Source of the DNA: an uncultured Acidobacteriota bacterium
GTDB taxonomy: Bacteria > Acidobacteriota > Thermoanaerobaculia > Gp7-AA8
NCBI GenBank assembly: GCA_963822445.1
Contig: CAWGHO010000002.1
Coordinates: forward strand, 256,001-320,000
Length of the DNA stretch: 64,000 nucleotides
Direction: 5' to 3'
The notes beneath the pieces were generated by a model, which saw only the letters and a list, made by a program, of their open reading frames with translations, searched no databases and was not told the origin of the DNA. Of this stretch, positions 27,859-39,670 are shown piece after piece (position 1 is the stretch's first letter; the number at the start of each line of letters is the position of its first letter). A program made the position numbers and the translations under genes.

Positions 27859-30072
27859 GCCCGGTACGACACCTTTTTTCAGCATCTCCAGCGATTCCCG
27901 ATGCCGGAGCAGCCGGTTCATCTTCTCCACCGGGAACTCGTTCGGATACAGCCGCACCAGCGCCGCGGCGACCGCGAATCCGAGATGCACCGAGCGGAGC
28001 GCGCGGCGATCGGTGATGGTGAAGCGCACGCCGCCGCATTCCTCTCCCTTGTGAATGCTCGCCGGAGGCATGAAGCGGATCGGCGTCATCGCCACGCCGG
28101 GAATGACGCCGATCTCGGCGATAAGACGCGGTCCATCGATGTACGGCGCGCCGATGATCTCGAAGGGCGTATCGGTGCCGCGGCCGACCGAGACCTCGTA
28201 TTCAATCAGGCCGAGCCCCGGATACAGACCCGCCCCCGCCAGCGAGCGCATGTTCGGCGAGGTGTTGATCCACGGCAGACCCGCTTCGTCCTGCCATTCC
28301 TCGCGCTTCCAGTTCTTCACGTCGATCACCGTGAGATCCACGTTGATGGACCTCTCGTCGCGAAACTTCTTCGCCAGCTCGCCGACGGTCATGCCGTGGC
28401 GAATCGGGATGGGATGCCATCCGACGAAATTCGTTTCGCCTTCGAGCACCGGTCCTTCGACGATCACGCCGCCGATAGGATTCACCCGGTCCAGCACGAT
28501 GAACCTGATCTTCGCCTCGGCCGCGGCTTCCATCGCCAGGCCCATCGTCGAGATGTACGTGTAGAACCGCGTGCCGATGTCCTGGATGTCGAAGACCAGC
28601 GCGTCCAACCCCGCGAGTTGCTCCGGCGACGGCTTGCGACGCTCGCCGTAAAGGCTGTGCACCGGCAAACCGCTCACGCGATCGTCGCTGACGTCCTCGC
28701 GATCTTCCGTTCCGCGAATCCCGTGCTCGGGACTGAACAGCGCGACCAGCTCGACACCGGGCGCGCTTCGCAGCAGATCCAGCGTGAGATTGCCGGTACG
28801 ATCGATGCCGGTCTGATTGGTGATCAGACCGATCTTCAGGCCGCGCAAAGCTTCGTAGCGAGTCGCGTGCAGAACGTCGATGCCGTTCTGCGCGTCGCCA
28901 CCACCGATCGGGAAACGGATCCGCGGCGTTTGCTTCGGCCAATCCGATTGCAGCGATTCAGCGACGAATGTGCCGAGGCGTCTCTGCAGAGCGACGACGC
29001 TGCCGCTGCCGTCGGGATGCACGCGATTGGAGAGGAAGATGTAGAACGCCTTCGCGCTCGGGACGATCCAGAGGAACCCGCCCGTCCAGCCGGTGTGGCC
29101 GAACGACGTGCCGATCGGGAAGTGCTCGCCGCGCGGCCGCGAGTAATGCGAGTCGATGTCGAACCCGCCCGCGCGTCTGATGGAAACGTCCGGCGGCGAC
29201 ACGACTTCCGTCATCTGCTTCGGAAACACGCCGCCGCGCAGAATCGCCCGCGCGAATTTCGCGAGGTCTTCGGCGGTGCTGAACAGGCCTGCCTGTCCCG
29301 CGACGCCGCCCATGCGCCGGCTGGTCGGATCGTGCACGACGCCGCGCAGGCCGTTTTCCGTCGGGGCGATGCGCTGCGTACGGCGGGCGTCCCGCCCGCC
29401 CCGATCGAGCGTCTCGCTCGATCGTGAGAGCCCGGGCCGGGACGGCCCGGGCGACGCGGGCGGGACGCCCGCCGCACGGAATCCCGTGTCCTTCATCCCC
29501 AGCGGCTCGAAGATGTTCTTTCGTGCGAACACATCCAGCGGCTCGCCGGACACGCGGCTGACGATCTCGCCGAGGAGTGTGTAGTTGATGTCGGAGTAGC
29601 GGAAGACGGCGCCGGGACGATTCCGCGGAACCTCGGCAAGAGCGCGGCCGAGACCTTCCTCGTAACCGCTCCATTCATCGCGCAGGTCGACGTTCGGGCG
29701 AAGGCCGGACGTGTGGGTGAGGAGATGGCGGATGGTGATCGCGCCGTCCCGCAGTTCCGGCAGATACGTTTTCGCGGGTGCGTCGAGCGCGATTTTTTCG
29801 CGATCGATCAGGAGCCAGATCGAAGGCGCGGTGGCGACGACCTTCGTCAGCGAGGCCACGTCGAAGATCGTGTCCGCGGTCATCGTCTCGACGGCCGGCA
29901 CGAGGGCGCGATCGCCGTACGCGCGCGAGTAGACGCGGCCGTCCTGCTCGATCCAGAGCACGCCGCCGGGGATCTTCTTTTCCGCGACGGCCTGATCGAT
30001 CGTCGCGTCGATCTGCGGACGGCTGGTGGTCGTTGCGCAGGCGGCGAGGAGAAGAAAGAGGAGGTAGCGCAT
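27844..30072 (-). CDS. Lipoprotein fusing a beta-lactamase-fold serine hydrolase to a NamZ/DUF1343 exo-beta-N-acetylmuramidase
   Basis: LAAC lipobox. SLTK, YSD and GHTGWTG motifs, then GLITNQTG, LFSPEHG, FDIQDIGTRFYTY and TSPNM motifs. Confidence 0.9.
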   Translation of the reverse strand: MRYLLFLLLAACATTTSRPQIDATIDQAVAEKKIPGGVLWIEQDGRVYSRAYGDRALVPAVETMTADTIFDVASLTKVVATAPSIWLLIDREKIALDAPAKTYLPELRDGAITIRHLLTHTSGLRPNVDLRDEWSGYEEGLGRALAEVPRNRPGAVFRYSDINYTLLGEIVSRVSGEPLDVFARKNIFEPLGMKDTGFRAAGVPPASPGPSRPGLSRSSETLDRGGRDARRTQRIAPTENGLRGVVHDPTSRRMGGVAGQAGLFSTAEDLAKFARAILRGGVFPKQMTEVVSPPDVSIRRAGGFDIDSHYSRPRGEHFPIGTSFGHTGWTGGFLWIVPSAKAFYIFLSNRVHPDGSGSVVALQRRLGTFVAESLQSDWPKQTPRIRFPIGGGDAQNGIDVLHATRYEALRGLKIGLITNQTGIDRTGNLTLDLLRSAPGVELVALFSPEHGIRGTEDREDVSDDRVSGLPVHSLYGERRKPSPEQLAGLDALVFDIQDIGTRFYTYISTMGLAMEAAAEAKIRFIVLDRVNPIGGVIVEGPVLEGETNFVGWHPIPIRHGMTVGELAKKFRDERSINVDLTVIDVKNWKREEWQDEAGLPWINTSPNMRSLAGAGLYPGLGLIEYEVSVGRGTDTPFEIIGAPYIDGPRLIAEIGVIPGVAMTPIRFMPPASIHKGEECGGVRFTITDRRALRSVHLGFAVAAALVRLYPNEFPVEKMNRLLRHRESLEMLKKGVVPGSPQR
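29377..29478. repeat. Intragenic REP-like cruciform element, 102 bp, in-frame
   Basis: 23-bp terminal IR CGT(A/G)CGGCGGGCGTCCCGCCCGC enclosing two perfect 10-bp hairpins. Confidence 0.85.
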
Positions 30073-31574
30073 CAGATGGTCACCGGCAGCTTACCCGTCA
30101 TCGCGATCTCCCCGCGCAACGCGCGCATGGCTGCGCGCTGCAGCACCGGCTGAATCCCGTACGCGCAGATGTACGTGCTGACTTCAGGAATCTCACGCAG
30201 GAGGTAGGGGCTGCCGAAGGAGATGGCGATCGTCTTCTTTGCATGTTTTTCCGCGAGACGTCGGGCGGCGGGCGGGATGGTGATGCGGCCGAGGCCGGAT
30301 TTGGCGCGGACCGCGAGGCAGAGCAGGAGGACGTCGGCGTTGATGTCGGTGTGCTGCGTCTCGGAGGTGATGATGTGGTCGGGTGTGATCTCGGTCAGAG
30401 GGTTGCCTTCCACGAGGTCGGTGACGACGACGGTCGTGAATTTCGTCGCGGGTAACAGACCGGCCTCGTCACGCACGAGCGTGATCGCGCGCTCCGCGAT
30501 GTGTTTAGGAGTGCGGTGGCGCGAGCCACCGCTTTGGGACGTACCAAAGCGGCGGCTTTGCCGCCGCACTCCTAGACGTGCCGTTTGAATCCGCTCGACT
30601 GCTTCGTCGATGCGCGACTCGCGAATCCGCCCACTCCGAACCGCGTCAAGCACCGCCGCAATCGCCGCATCAGTGTCTGTCGAAAAAAGAATCTGATCCT
30701 CCCCTGCCTCGATCGCACGCACCGCCGCTTCGCCGGCATCGAAATGCGCGGCCAGCCCGCCCATGTCGAACGAGTCGGTGATCACCAGGCCGTCGAATCC
30801 GAGATCGCGGCGAAGCAGCTCGATCATCCGCGCGGAAACGGTCGCCGGGAGCGTTCCGCCGCGCGTCACTTCGCCGTGGGTGGTGCCGTACGCGTTCTCG
30901 AACTCGGCGCGCACCGGCGCGATGGTGTCATCGAGCGCAGGCACGGCCAGGTGTCCCATCATCACCGAGCTCACCCCGGCCTCGATGGCTGCACGAAACG
31001 GGACCAGTTCCACGGACTCGAGCCGCTCGCGGGTCACATCGAGCACGGGCAACGCGCGGTGCGAATCGACGTGCGTGTCTCCATGTCCCGGAAAATGCTT
31101 CGCCGTCGACAGACATCCGCCGCTTCGGATGCCCCGCACGTACGCGGCCACGTACCGCGAGACCTCCTCGGCGTTCTCGCCGAAGCTGCGCGTGTTGATC
31201 ACCGGATTCTTCGGGTCGACGTTCACATCCGCGACGGGCGCAAGGACGTGATTGATGCCGATCGCCCGCGCGTCGAGCGCTGTGATTCGCGCCTGTTCTT
31301 CCGCGAGCGCAATGTCGCCCGTTGCGGCAAGGGCCATGGCCGGCGGCCACCAGGTCGCATCCGTGCAGCGCATGCCCAGTCCCGACTCCAGATCGGCACT
31401 AACGAGCAGCGGCGTCTCGGAGGCGGCCTGCAGTTCAGCGGTGACGCGCGCGACTTCGGCCGTCGTCGACTCGAACCAGATCACCCCGCCGACATGGTTG
31501 ACGCGGACGTGATGCATCACGTCGCCGCGAACGGGGACGACGAAGAGCTGGCCGATTTTTTTGACTAGGTCCAA
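30072..31574 (-). CDS. nagZ: GH3 beta-N-acetylglucosaminidase
   Basis: SADLESG, APVADVN, INTRSFG, KHFPGHGDTHVDSH (NagZ signature) and ITDSFDM. Confidence 0.88.
   Translation of the reverse strand: MDLVKKIGQLFVVPVRGDVMHHVRVNHVGGVIWFESTTAEVARVTAELQAASETPLLVSADLESGLGMRCTDATWWPPAMALAATGDIALAEEQARITALDARAIGINHVLAPVADVNVDPKNPVINTRSFGENAEEVSRYVAAYVRGIRSGGCLSTAKHFPGHGDTHVDSHRALPVLDVTRERLESVELVPFRAAIEAGVSSVMMGHLAVPALDDTIAPVRAEFENAYGTTHGEVTRGGTLPATVSARMIELLRRDLGFDGLVITDSFDMGGLAAHFDAGEAAVRAIEAGEDQILFSTDTDAAIAAVLDAVRSGRIRESRIDEAVERIQTARLGVRRQSRRFGTSQSGGSRHRTPKHIAERAITLVRDEAGLLPATKFTTVVVTDLVEGNPLTEITPDHIITSETQHTDINADVLLLCLAVRAKSGLGRITIPPAARRLAEKHAKKTIAISFGSPYLLREIPEVSTYICAYGIQPVLQRAAMRALRGEIAMTGKLPVTI
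30506..30574. repeat. Intragenic REP-like inverted pair, in-frame
   Basis: TAGGAGTGCGGTGGCGCGAGCCACCGCTTTGG ... CCAAAGCGGCGGCTTTGCCGCCGCACTCCTA. Each arm is itself a hairpin. Confidence 0.85.
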
Positions 31575-31582
31575 TCGTCCAG

Positions 31583-31696
31583 GAGTTTATCCCGCGCGAA
31601 GACGCGGGATCATCGGCGCAACCGCGCGATCGTTGCACACGACGTCACGTCTGCCGGTTGCTCCGTTGATCCCGCGTCTGCGCGCGGGATGAACTC
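31583..31696. repeat. REP-like inverted pair overlapping the SSS 3' end
   Basis: 30-bp arms GAGTT(T/C)ATCCCGCGCG(A/C)AGACGCGGGATCA with 2 mismatches. Confidence 0.85.
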
Positions 31697-33054
31697 AATA
31701 AACCGACTGCGAACGTCACCGAAGACCCGACAACCGCATACCAAGGCCAGGCTACCTTCGTGCCGAAGGCCACGAACAGCACCACCAGCAGCCCCGCCGT
31801 CATCCCGGTGAGCGCCGCCGCGGTTCCGCCGCGCTTCGTTGCGCCGAGGAAGAAGACGCCGAGGATCGGGCCGTTGATGAGCGAGGCCACGGAGAGAACG
31901 CTGCTCAGCGCGGAGCGTTCGCTCGTGATCAGAATCAGGCCGACCGCGATCTGCGCGATGCCGGCGATGACAACGATCGAACGCGACCAGCGCATCGCGC
32001 TGCGTTCGTCGCGCGGCTTCATCAGATCAGACACGATCGTCGCCGCGATCGCGCTGAGGGACGACGACAGCGCCGCGGCAAGGATCGCTGCGACCACCAA
32101 TCCCCGCAGTGCCGGCGGCAGATCGTTGGCGATGAAGTACGGGAAGATCTGGTCCGAGGCCGTGACCGGCGCGGTTTTGTAGAACGCGAAGAGCAGCACG
32201 CCTATGAACAGGAAGCCGGCGAACTGCACGAAGACGATCGCGCCCGAGGCGAGCAAGGCCTTGGCTGCGTTGCGCGGGCGGTCGGTGCACAGATAGCGCT
32301 GCACCAGGTATTGATCCGTGCCGTGCGTGGACATGGTCAGGAACGTCCCGCCGATGACGCCCGACCAGAACGTGAAGGTCTTGGTCAGATCGAAGGAGAA
32401 ATCGAAGACGGTGAACTTGTTCGCGGCCTGCCCGATGGCGATCGCCTCATCAAGTCCGACGTTGCCGATCAGCACCACCGCTGCGGCAATCGCGCCGCCG
32501 ATGTAGATAACCAGTTGCACGACCTCGATCCAGACGATCGCTTCGATGCCGCCGATGAGCGTGAAGATGATCATCACCACGCCGAGAAAGATGATCGAGC
32601 TGGCGATGCCGGCGCTCTTCATCAGCGCGGCCAGCACGAATGCGGTCAGCAGCAGGCGCACGCCGTCGGCGATCGTGCGCATGATTACGAACAGCGTCGC
32701 CGCGAGGGCTTTCACCGGCTTGCCAAAGCGCGTCTGCAGCACCTCGTAGACCGTCACCAGCTCGCCGCGGAAATACCAGGGCATGAAGACGGCGGAGATG
32801 ACGATGCGCGCGAGCATGTAGCCGAAGACGAGCTGCAGGAACCGGAAGTCGCCGCCCATGGCCCAGGCGATGCCGGGCACGGAGATGAACGTGACGGTGG
32901 AGGTTTCCGTGGCCACGATCGACGCGGCGATGGCCCACCAGGGAACGCGATGGCCGGCCACGAAGTACTGGCGGGTGGTCTTCTGCCGGCGCGAGAAATA
33001 CACCGACGCGCCGAGAACGGCGACCAGGTAGGCAAGGATGATGAGAAGATCGAT
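31645..33054 (-). CDS. Sodium:solute symporter, probable amino-sugar uptake
   Basis: YFVAG...PWWAIAASIVATETS, GGIEAIVW and GTDQYLVQRYL motifs. The conserved first TM (IDLLIILAYL) extends upstream of the annotated GTG to ATC 33054; the start is uncertain. Confidence 0.9.
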   Translation of the reverse strand: MDLLIILAYLVAVLGASVYFSRRQKTTRQYFVAGHRVPWWAIAASIVATETSTVTFISVPGIAWAMGGDFRFLQLVFGYMLARIVISAVFMPWYFRGELVTVYEVLQTRFGKPVKALAATLFVIMRTIADGVRLLLTAFVLAALMKSAGIASSIIFLGVVMIIFTLIGGIEAIVWIEVVQLVIYIGGAIAAAVVLIGNVGLDEAIAIGQAANKFTVFDFSFDLTKTFTFWSGVIGGTFLTMSTHGTDQYLVQRYLCTDRPRNAAKALLASGAIVFVQFAGFLFIGVLLFAFYKTAPVTASDQIFPYFIANDLPPALRGLVVAAILAAALSSSLSAIAATIVSDLMKPRDERSAMRWSRSIVVIAGIAQIAVGLILITSERSALSSVLSVASLINGPILGVFFLGATKRGGTAAALTGMTAGLLVVLFVAFGTKVAWPWYAVVGSSVTFAVGLLSSSRAQTRDQRSNRQT

Positions 33055-33070
33055 CGCGCGAGTCTAAATC

Positions 33071-33793
33071 ATGAAGACCATCGTCTGGATTCACGGCTTC
33101 CCGCTCTCGTCCGCCATCTTCGAAAAGCAGCGCGCGATTCAAGGCGTCCAGCACCTCATGCCCGACCTGCCCGGATTCGGCGCAACGCCGGCTCCGCAGC
33201 GCGGCGAGATCACCATGGACAAATACGCGGAACGGATGATCAGCGAGCTGACCACGAGGGGCATCGCCAGAGCGACGTTCGCCGGCTTTTCGATGGGCGG
33301 CTACATCGCCCTGGCCATCGCCCGGATCGCGCCGCATCGCATGGACGGCCTGATCCTGATCGACACGCGCGAAACGGCTGATACGCCCGAGGCGCGGCAG
33401 GGCCGCTACGACACGATCGAGAAGGTGCGCGCGGAAGGCATTTCTTCGGTCGTCGATTCGATGCTGCCGAAGATGCTCACCGCAAACGCGCCGCAGGAGA
33501 TGCGCGACCGCGTCCGCGAGATTATGAATTCGTCCTCGCCGGAAGGGGTGATGGCCGCGCTGAAGGTCATGGCCGAACGCCGCGACTCGACAGCTGTGCT
33601 GCCGACCATCGAAGTCCCGACGCTGATCGTGGTCGGTGCCGAGGATCCCATCACCCCGCCCGCCGACGCCGAGCGCATGGCCGCCGCGATTCCCAATGCG
33701 AAGCTGGTGAAGATTGCAGGGGCCGCGCATCTGGCGAACCTGGAGAAGGCGGACGAGTTCAATGAGGCGGTGCGTGGGTTTCTGGGTTCCTAG
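33071..33793 (+). CDS. Alpha/beta hydrolase (PcaD-like)
   Basis: HGFP, PDLPGFG, GFSMGG nucleophile elbow, GAED and AAHL. Confidence 0.9.
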   Translation: MKTIVWIHGFPLSSAIFEKQRAIQGVQHLMPDLPGFGATPAPQRGEITMDKYAERMISELTTRGIARATFAGFSMGGYIALAIARIAPHRMDGLILIDTRETADTPEARQGRYDTIEKVRAEGISSVVDSMLPKMLTANAPQEMRDRVREIMNSSSPEGVMAALKVMAERRDSTAVLPTIEVPTLIVVGAEDPITPPADAERMAAAIPNAKLVKIAGAAHLANLEKADEFNEAVRGFLGS

Positions 33794-33861
33794 GTTGCTG
33801 GGCGCTGGGGATTTGCCTGTCGCCTAACCTACGCTAGGTGCACGCCGCGTTCCGAACGCGT

Positions 33862-34112
33862 CTACGCCACAGCCTGTCGAAAAATGATCTGGTCGAAATT
33901 CAAGTAAGTGACACTGCGGGCGAGTAGTGCACCGAAGCATCCCGGATAAACTTCGATTCCGACCTTCTCGATGGAATAGAACTCCCAGCCCTGACTGACG
34001 TAGTGGTCGATGACCGACTGAAGGTTGATTACTGACTGTCTGCGCGTTCGTCGGCCGTATCCGCTTTGATACGGCCGACGAACGGCACAACATGGTATCG
34101 GTAGCTAACCAC
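33862..34112 (-). pseudogene. Frameshifted DUF4177-like small protein
   Basis: GGAGA RBS then GTG. It reads VSYRYHVVPFVGRIK / NAQTVSNQ / LQSVIDHYVSQGWEFYSIEKVGIEVYPGCFGALL...FDQIIFRQ* across frames. Confidence 0.65.
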
Positions 34113-34636
34113 AGACTGTCTCCAATTTCGTCTGTCAACCGGCGACAGCGGCTGCAGATGCTTGGCCTCACCTTGCCCAGCTTGTCGGCTAACGCGGTCG
34201 TCGAGAGTGGTTCCTCGGAGGCGCTGCGACGATCTCGTTCGGCTCTTTCCGATTACGTTTGCGGGACTTCTTCTTGCCTGCCTTCGCTGACACTCGCGGA
34301 AGCCTCGTGCGCCGGCCCATCAACATCAACAGCCGCAAGGCCTGCGGTGCGTGTTGTCGAATGAAGGACAGGGTGCGTCGGAGTTTGTGGCGTGGGGCAG
34401 CTCTGGCCGCGGTCCGGCGTGGACCTACACTTGTCGCCTGACTGCGACGGCCGCGGGTGTTCGCGCGGATCCGGTGCGAGGCATGTCGGCCCGCGTGGCG
34501 CTCCGGTGAATCAAGGCTCCGCGACGCGCTTCAGAGCCGGGCCGGGCGACCAAGTGCCAGATCTCGCGCTGGTTAGCTGCCCGCCCCCTCTGGCCCCTTT
34601 AAGGACGCCCAGATATACTGCTGGAACGGGTCCGAC

Positions 34637-35197
34637 TTGAACATCCGACATCTTGCAGCGCGCGTGGCGCGGCCGGTGATTGCCCTGTTCGCTCATTGCG
34701 GACTCGTCTTTCTTTTCCTCGGTGAGATCGGCCTCGTGCACATGACGTTAGTGCGTTGTCGCGGCGATAAGTCCGTATTCTTCAAAGACTTTCCCAGCGA
34801 GTGGTTGCTTGGCGGAATCCTGCGCAACCTGCCGGCCGAGTGGCCATTTCACCTACTCGATGGAATGGTCCTCGTCGGAGTGGCAGTGCTCGGAGTGGGT
34901 GCCGCCGTCCGTGCCTACCTAAAGCACCACACGGAGAGTTGGCGAGATTTTTTCACCAAGTTGGGAGGTACGTGCGGGCCGGCCGCTCTAGAATGGACCG
35001 GACATTCGGCAGGTATGGCGGCGGCGATATTCATCGTTTACGTTCTCGGTGTCGGACTCGAGGAATTCAAGTTGACCTTTAGTCTTTTTGGAAAGGTTCA
35101 GGTGAATTGGTTCTTAGACGCAACTGAACTAGGATTCGTCGTCGGACTTGGTGGGCTCGGTGGGTTCGAAACTGTGAAGGCATACTATGGCCATTGA
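34637..35197 (+). CDS. Hypothetical membrane protein, lower GC
   Basis: 186-aa ORF with about 4 hydrophobic segments. TATACT lies upstream; TTG start is uncertain. Confidence 0.55.
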   Translation: MNIRHLAARVARPVIALFAHCGLVFLFLGEIGLVHMTLVRCRGDKSVFFKDFPSEWLLGGILRNLPAEWPFHLLDGMVLVGVAVLGVGAAVRAYLKHHTESWRDFFTKLGGTCGPAALEWTGHSAGMAAAIFIVYVLGVGLEEFKLTFSLFGKVQVNWFLDATELGFVVGLGGLGGFETVKAYYGH

Positions 35198-35729
35198 TCT
35201 TGCAACATTTCGCGTGACGTCAGCGTTGCCGGCCCACGGACGTAGCGCAGAACTGGCCCGCCGTGCAGCGCGGATCGTCGGAGCCTACTTGCTTGTCGGG
35301 CTCTCCTTCGGTCTGCTGGTACTCTCCCTTCAATTCCCTCGGCTTTGGAGTGCCGTTGGAATTCTCGCCGGTTTGATTTTGGGTCGTGGACTGATCGTCG
35401 CGTTGATCGACTTTGCTGTGTCAAGCGAGGTCTTGACTCGTATCTTTCAGCCCAGGCCATCACAGAGTCACCGACTCCACTTCGATACGATCTATCGCGC
35501 CGTCCTCATCATGTATGTACTCGCTGGTTCGGTTTTGCTTGAATCACAGGCAAAAACCGGAACGGTTCTGGGCGTCGCGCTCGGGGTCCTGCCGGCAGTC
35601 CTATTTGCAAGTGCGGCCGTGCGTAGCGCCGGAGTAATGTCAGATGTGTTTGTTACGCTCTTGAATGAGATAGCGCGGCTCATGCGTGTGCTTCCTCGAA
35701 TCGGCGAACGAACTCGCAGGCGCGCCTAA
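35187..35729 (+). CDS. Hypothetical membrane protein, lower GC
   Basis: 180-aa ORF with about 4 TM segments, overlapping the previous gene. Its stop codon lies inside GCCTAAC. Confidence 0.55.
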   Translation: MAIDLATFRVTSALPAHGRSAELARRAARIVGAYLLVGLSFGLLVLSLQFPRLWSAVGILAGLILGRGLIVALIDFAVSSEVLTRIFQPRPSQSHRLHFDTIYRAVLIMYVLAGSVLLESQAKTGTVLGVALGVLPAVLFASAAVRSAGVMSDVFVTLLNEIARLMRVLPRIGERTRRRA

Positions 35730-35759
35730 CGTAGAGACGCAGCAACCCAGCAACGGAAA

Positions 35760-35852
35760 TTACTCCAACCCAATCCCCCCACATCGTCGGCTGCCGCATA
35801 TACCCCGCCCCGAGCGGTCATGCTCGCCGGACACGAGCTGCCGGGCATCCGG
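35760..35852 (-). pseudogene. Degenerate copy of the 3' end of the WD40 kinase gene
   Basis: Aligns with 36214-36306 (TACTCCAACCCAATCCCCC...CGGTCATGCTCnCCGGACACGAG) with substitutions and indels. Confidence 0.75.
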
Positions 35853-35862
35853 GCGGAGGAGT

Positions 35863-36165
35863 TCAACGCGGCGGTGACTGAGTCTTTTGTTCGGCGAGAA
35901 ACGTCCGGATGATCGCCCGACTCTTCTCGTCCTTGATCCGCGTGAACAGCCTCTCGCCGAGCGTCACGATCGTCGACGGCTGATCGAAGGGAAGCTTCGC
36001 GTACATCGTTCCGCCCGGGAAGTGGCACGGCTGACACTTGCCTTGCAGAATCGGCTTCACCTGCTTCCCGAAGTCGACCCGCTCCGGATCGGCAGGCCGC
36101 GGGTTTTCAGCGGGCGGCGCGCCGCCCGCGACGAGGAGGATCAGCAACAGGATCGCGACGCGCAT
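35863..36165 (-). CDS. Small secreted mono-heme cytochrome c-like protein
   Basis: Signal peptide and VDFGKQVKPILQGKCQPCH (CxxCH). TAGTTT-N6-ATG leaderless start. Confidence 0.75.
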   Translation of the reverse strand: MRVAILLLILLVAGGAPPAENPRPADPERVDFGKQVKPILQGKCQPCHFPGGTMYAKLPFDQPSTIVTLGERLFTRIKDEKSRAIIRTFLAEQKTQSPPR

Positions 36166-36213
36166 GGCTGCAAACTAAGCCCCGACCGATGCCGTGTCAT
36201 GTCAAATCGGTAA

Positions 36214-39055
<2,842 letters not shown>

Positions 39056-39084
<29 letters not shown>

Positions 39085-39670
39085 CGGCTTTACTCCGTTC
39101 ATCCGCCGCCGTCAGCGCGCGCGAGAGCCAGAGCTTCGCCGTGCGCCATTCCCGTTTCACGATATCGGTCGAAACGTCGAGAACCGCCGCCGTTTCTTCG
39201 ATGGTGAGGCCGCCGAAGAAACGCATCTCGACCACCTGCGCTTTGCGCGGCGAGACCATTGCCAGACCGTTCAAGGCCTCATCGAGCGCGAGCACGTCGA
39301 CCGACGGCTCGGCCACCGCGACGAGTACATCGTCGAGCGCCACGCGCGTCATCCCGCCGCCCCGTTTGTTGACGGCGCGTTTGCGGGCTTCGTCGACGAG
39401 CACCCGCCGCATCAGCTGCGCGGTCAGGGCGAAGAAATGGGCGCGATCGCGCCACTGCACACGGTTCGATTGCACCAGGCGCAGATAGGCCTCGTGCACC
39501 AGCCCCGTGGTCTGCATGGTGTGGTTCCTGCGCTCGCCCTGCAGGCAGCGCCGGGCCATCTTCCGAAGGTCGGCGTAGACCAGAGGGAGCAGGCGGTCCA
39601 GCGCGGACTGATCCCCTCCACGCCATTCCATCAGGAGCTCGGTCACGTTTTCCGAAACCGCGGCCGCCAT
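39056..39670 (-). CDS. ECF sigma factor, TIGR02999/ECF43-like
   Basis: HTMQTTGLVHEAYLRL, DRAHFF and EMRFFGGL...KREWRTAKLWL motifs. Overlaps the kinase start. Confidence 0.92.
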
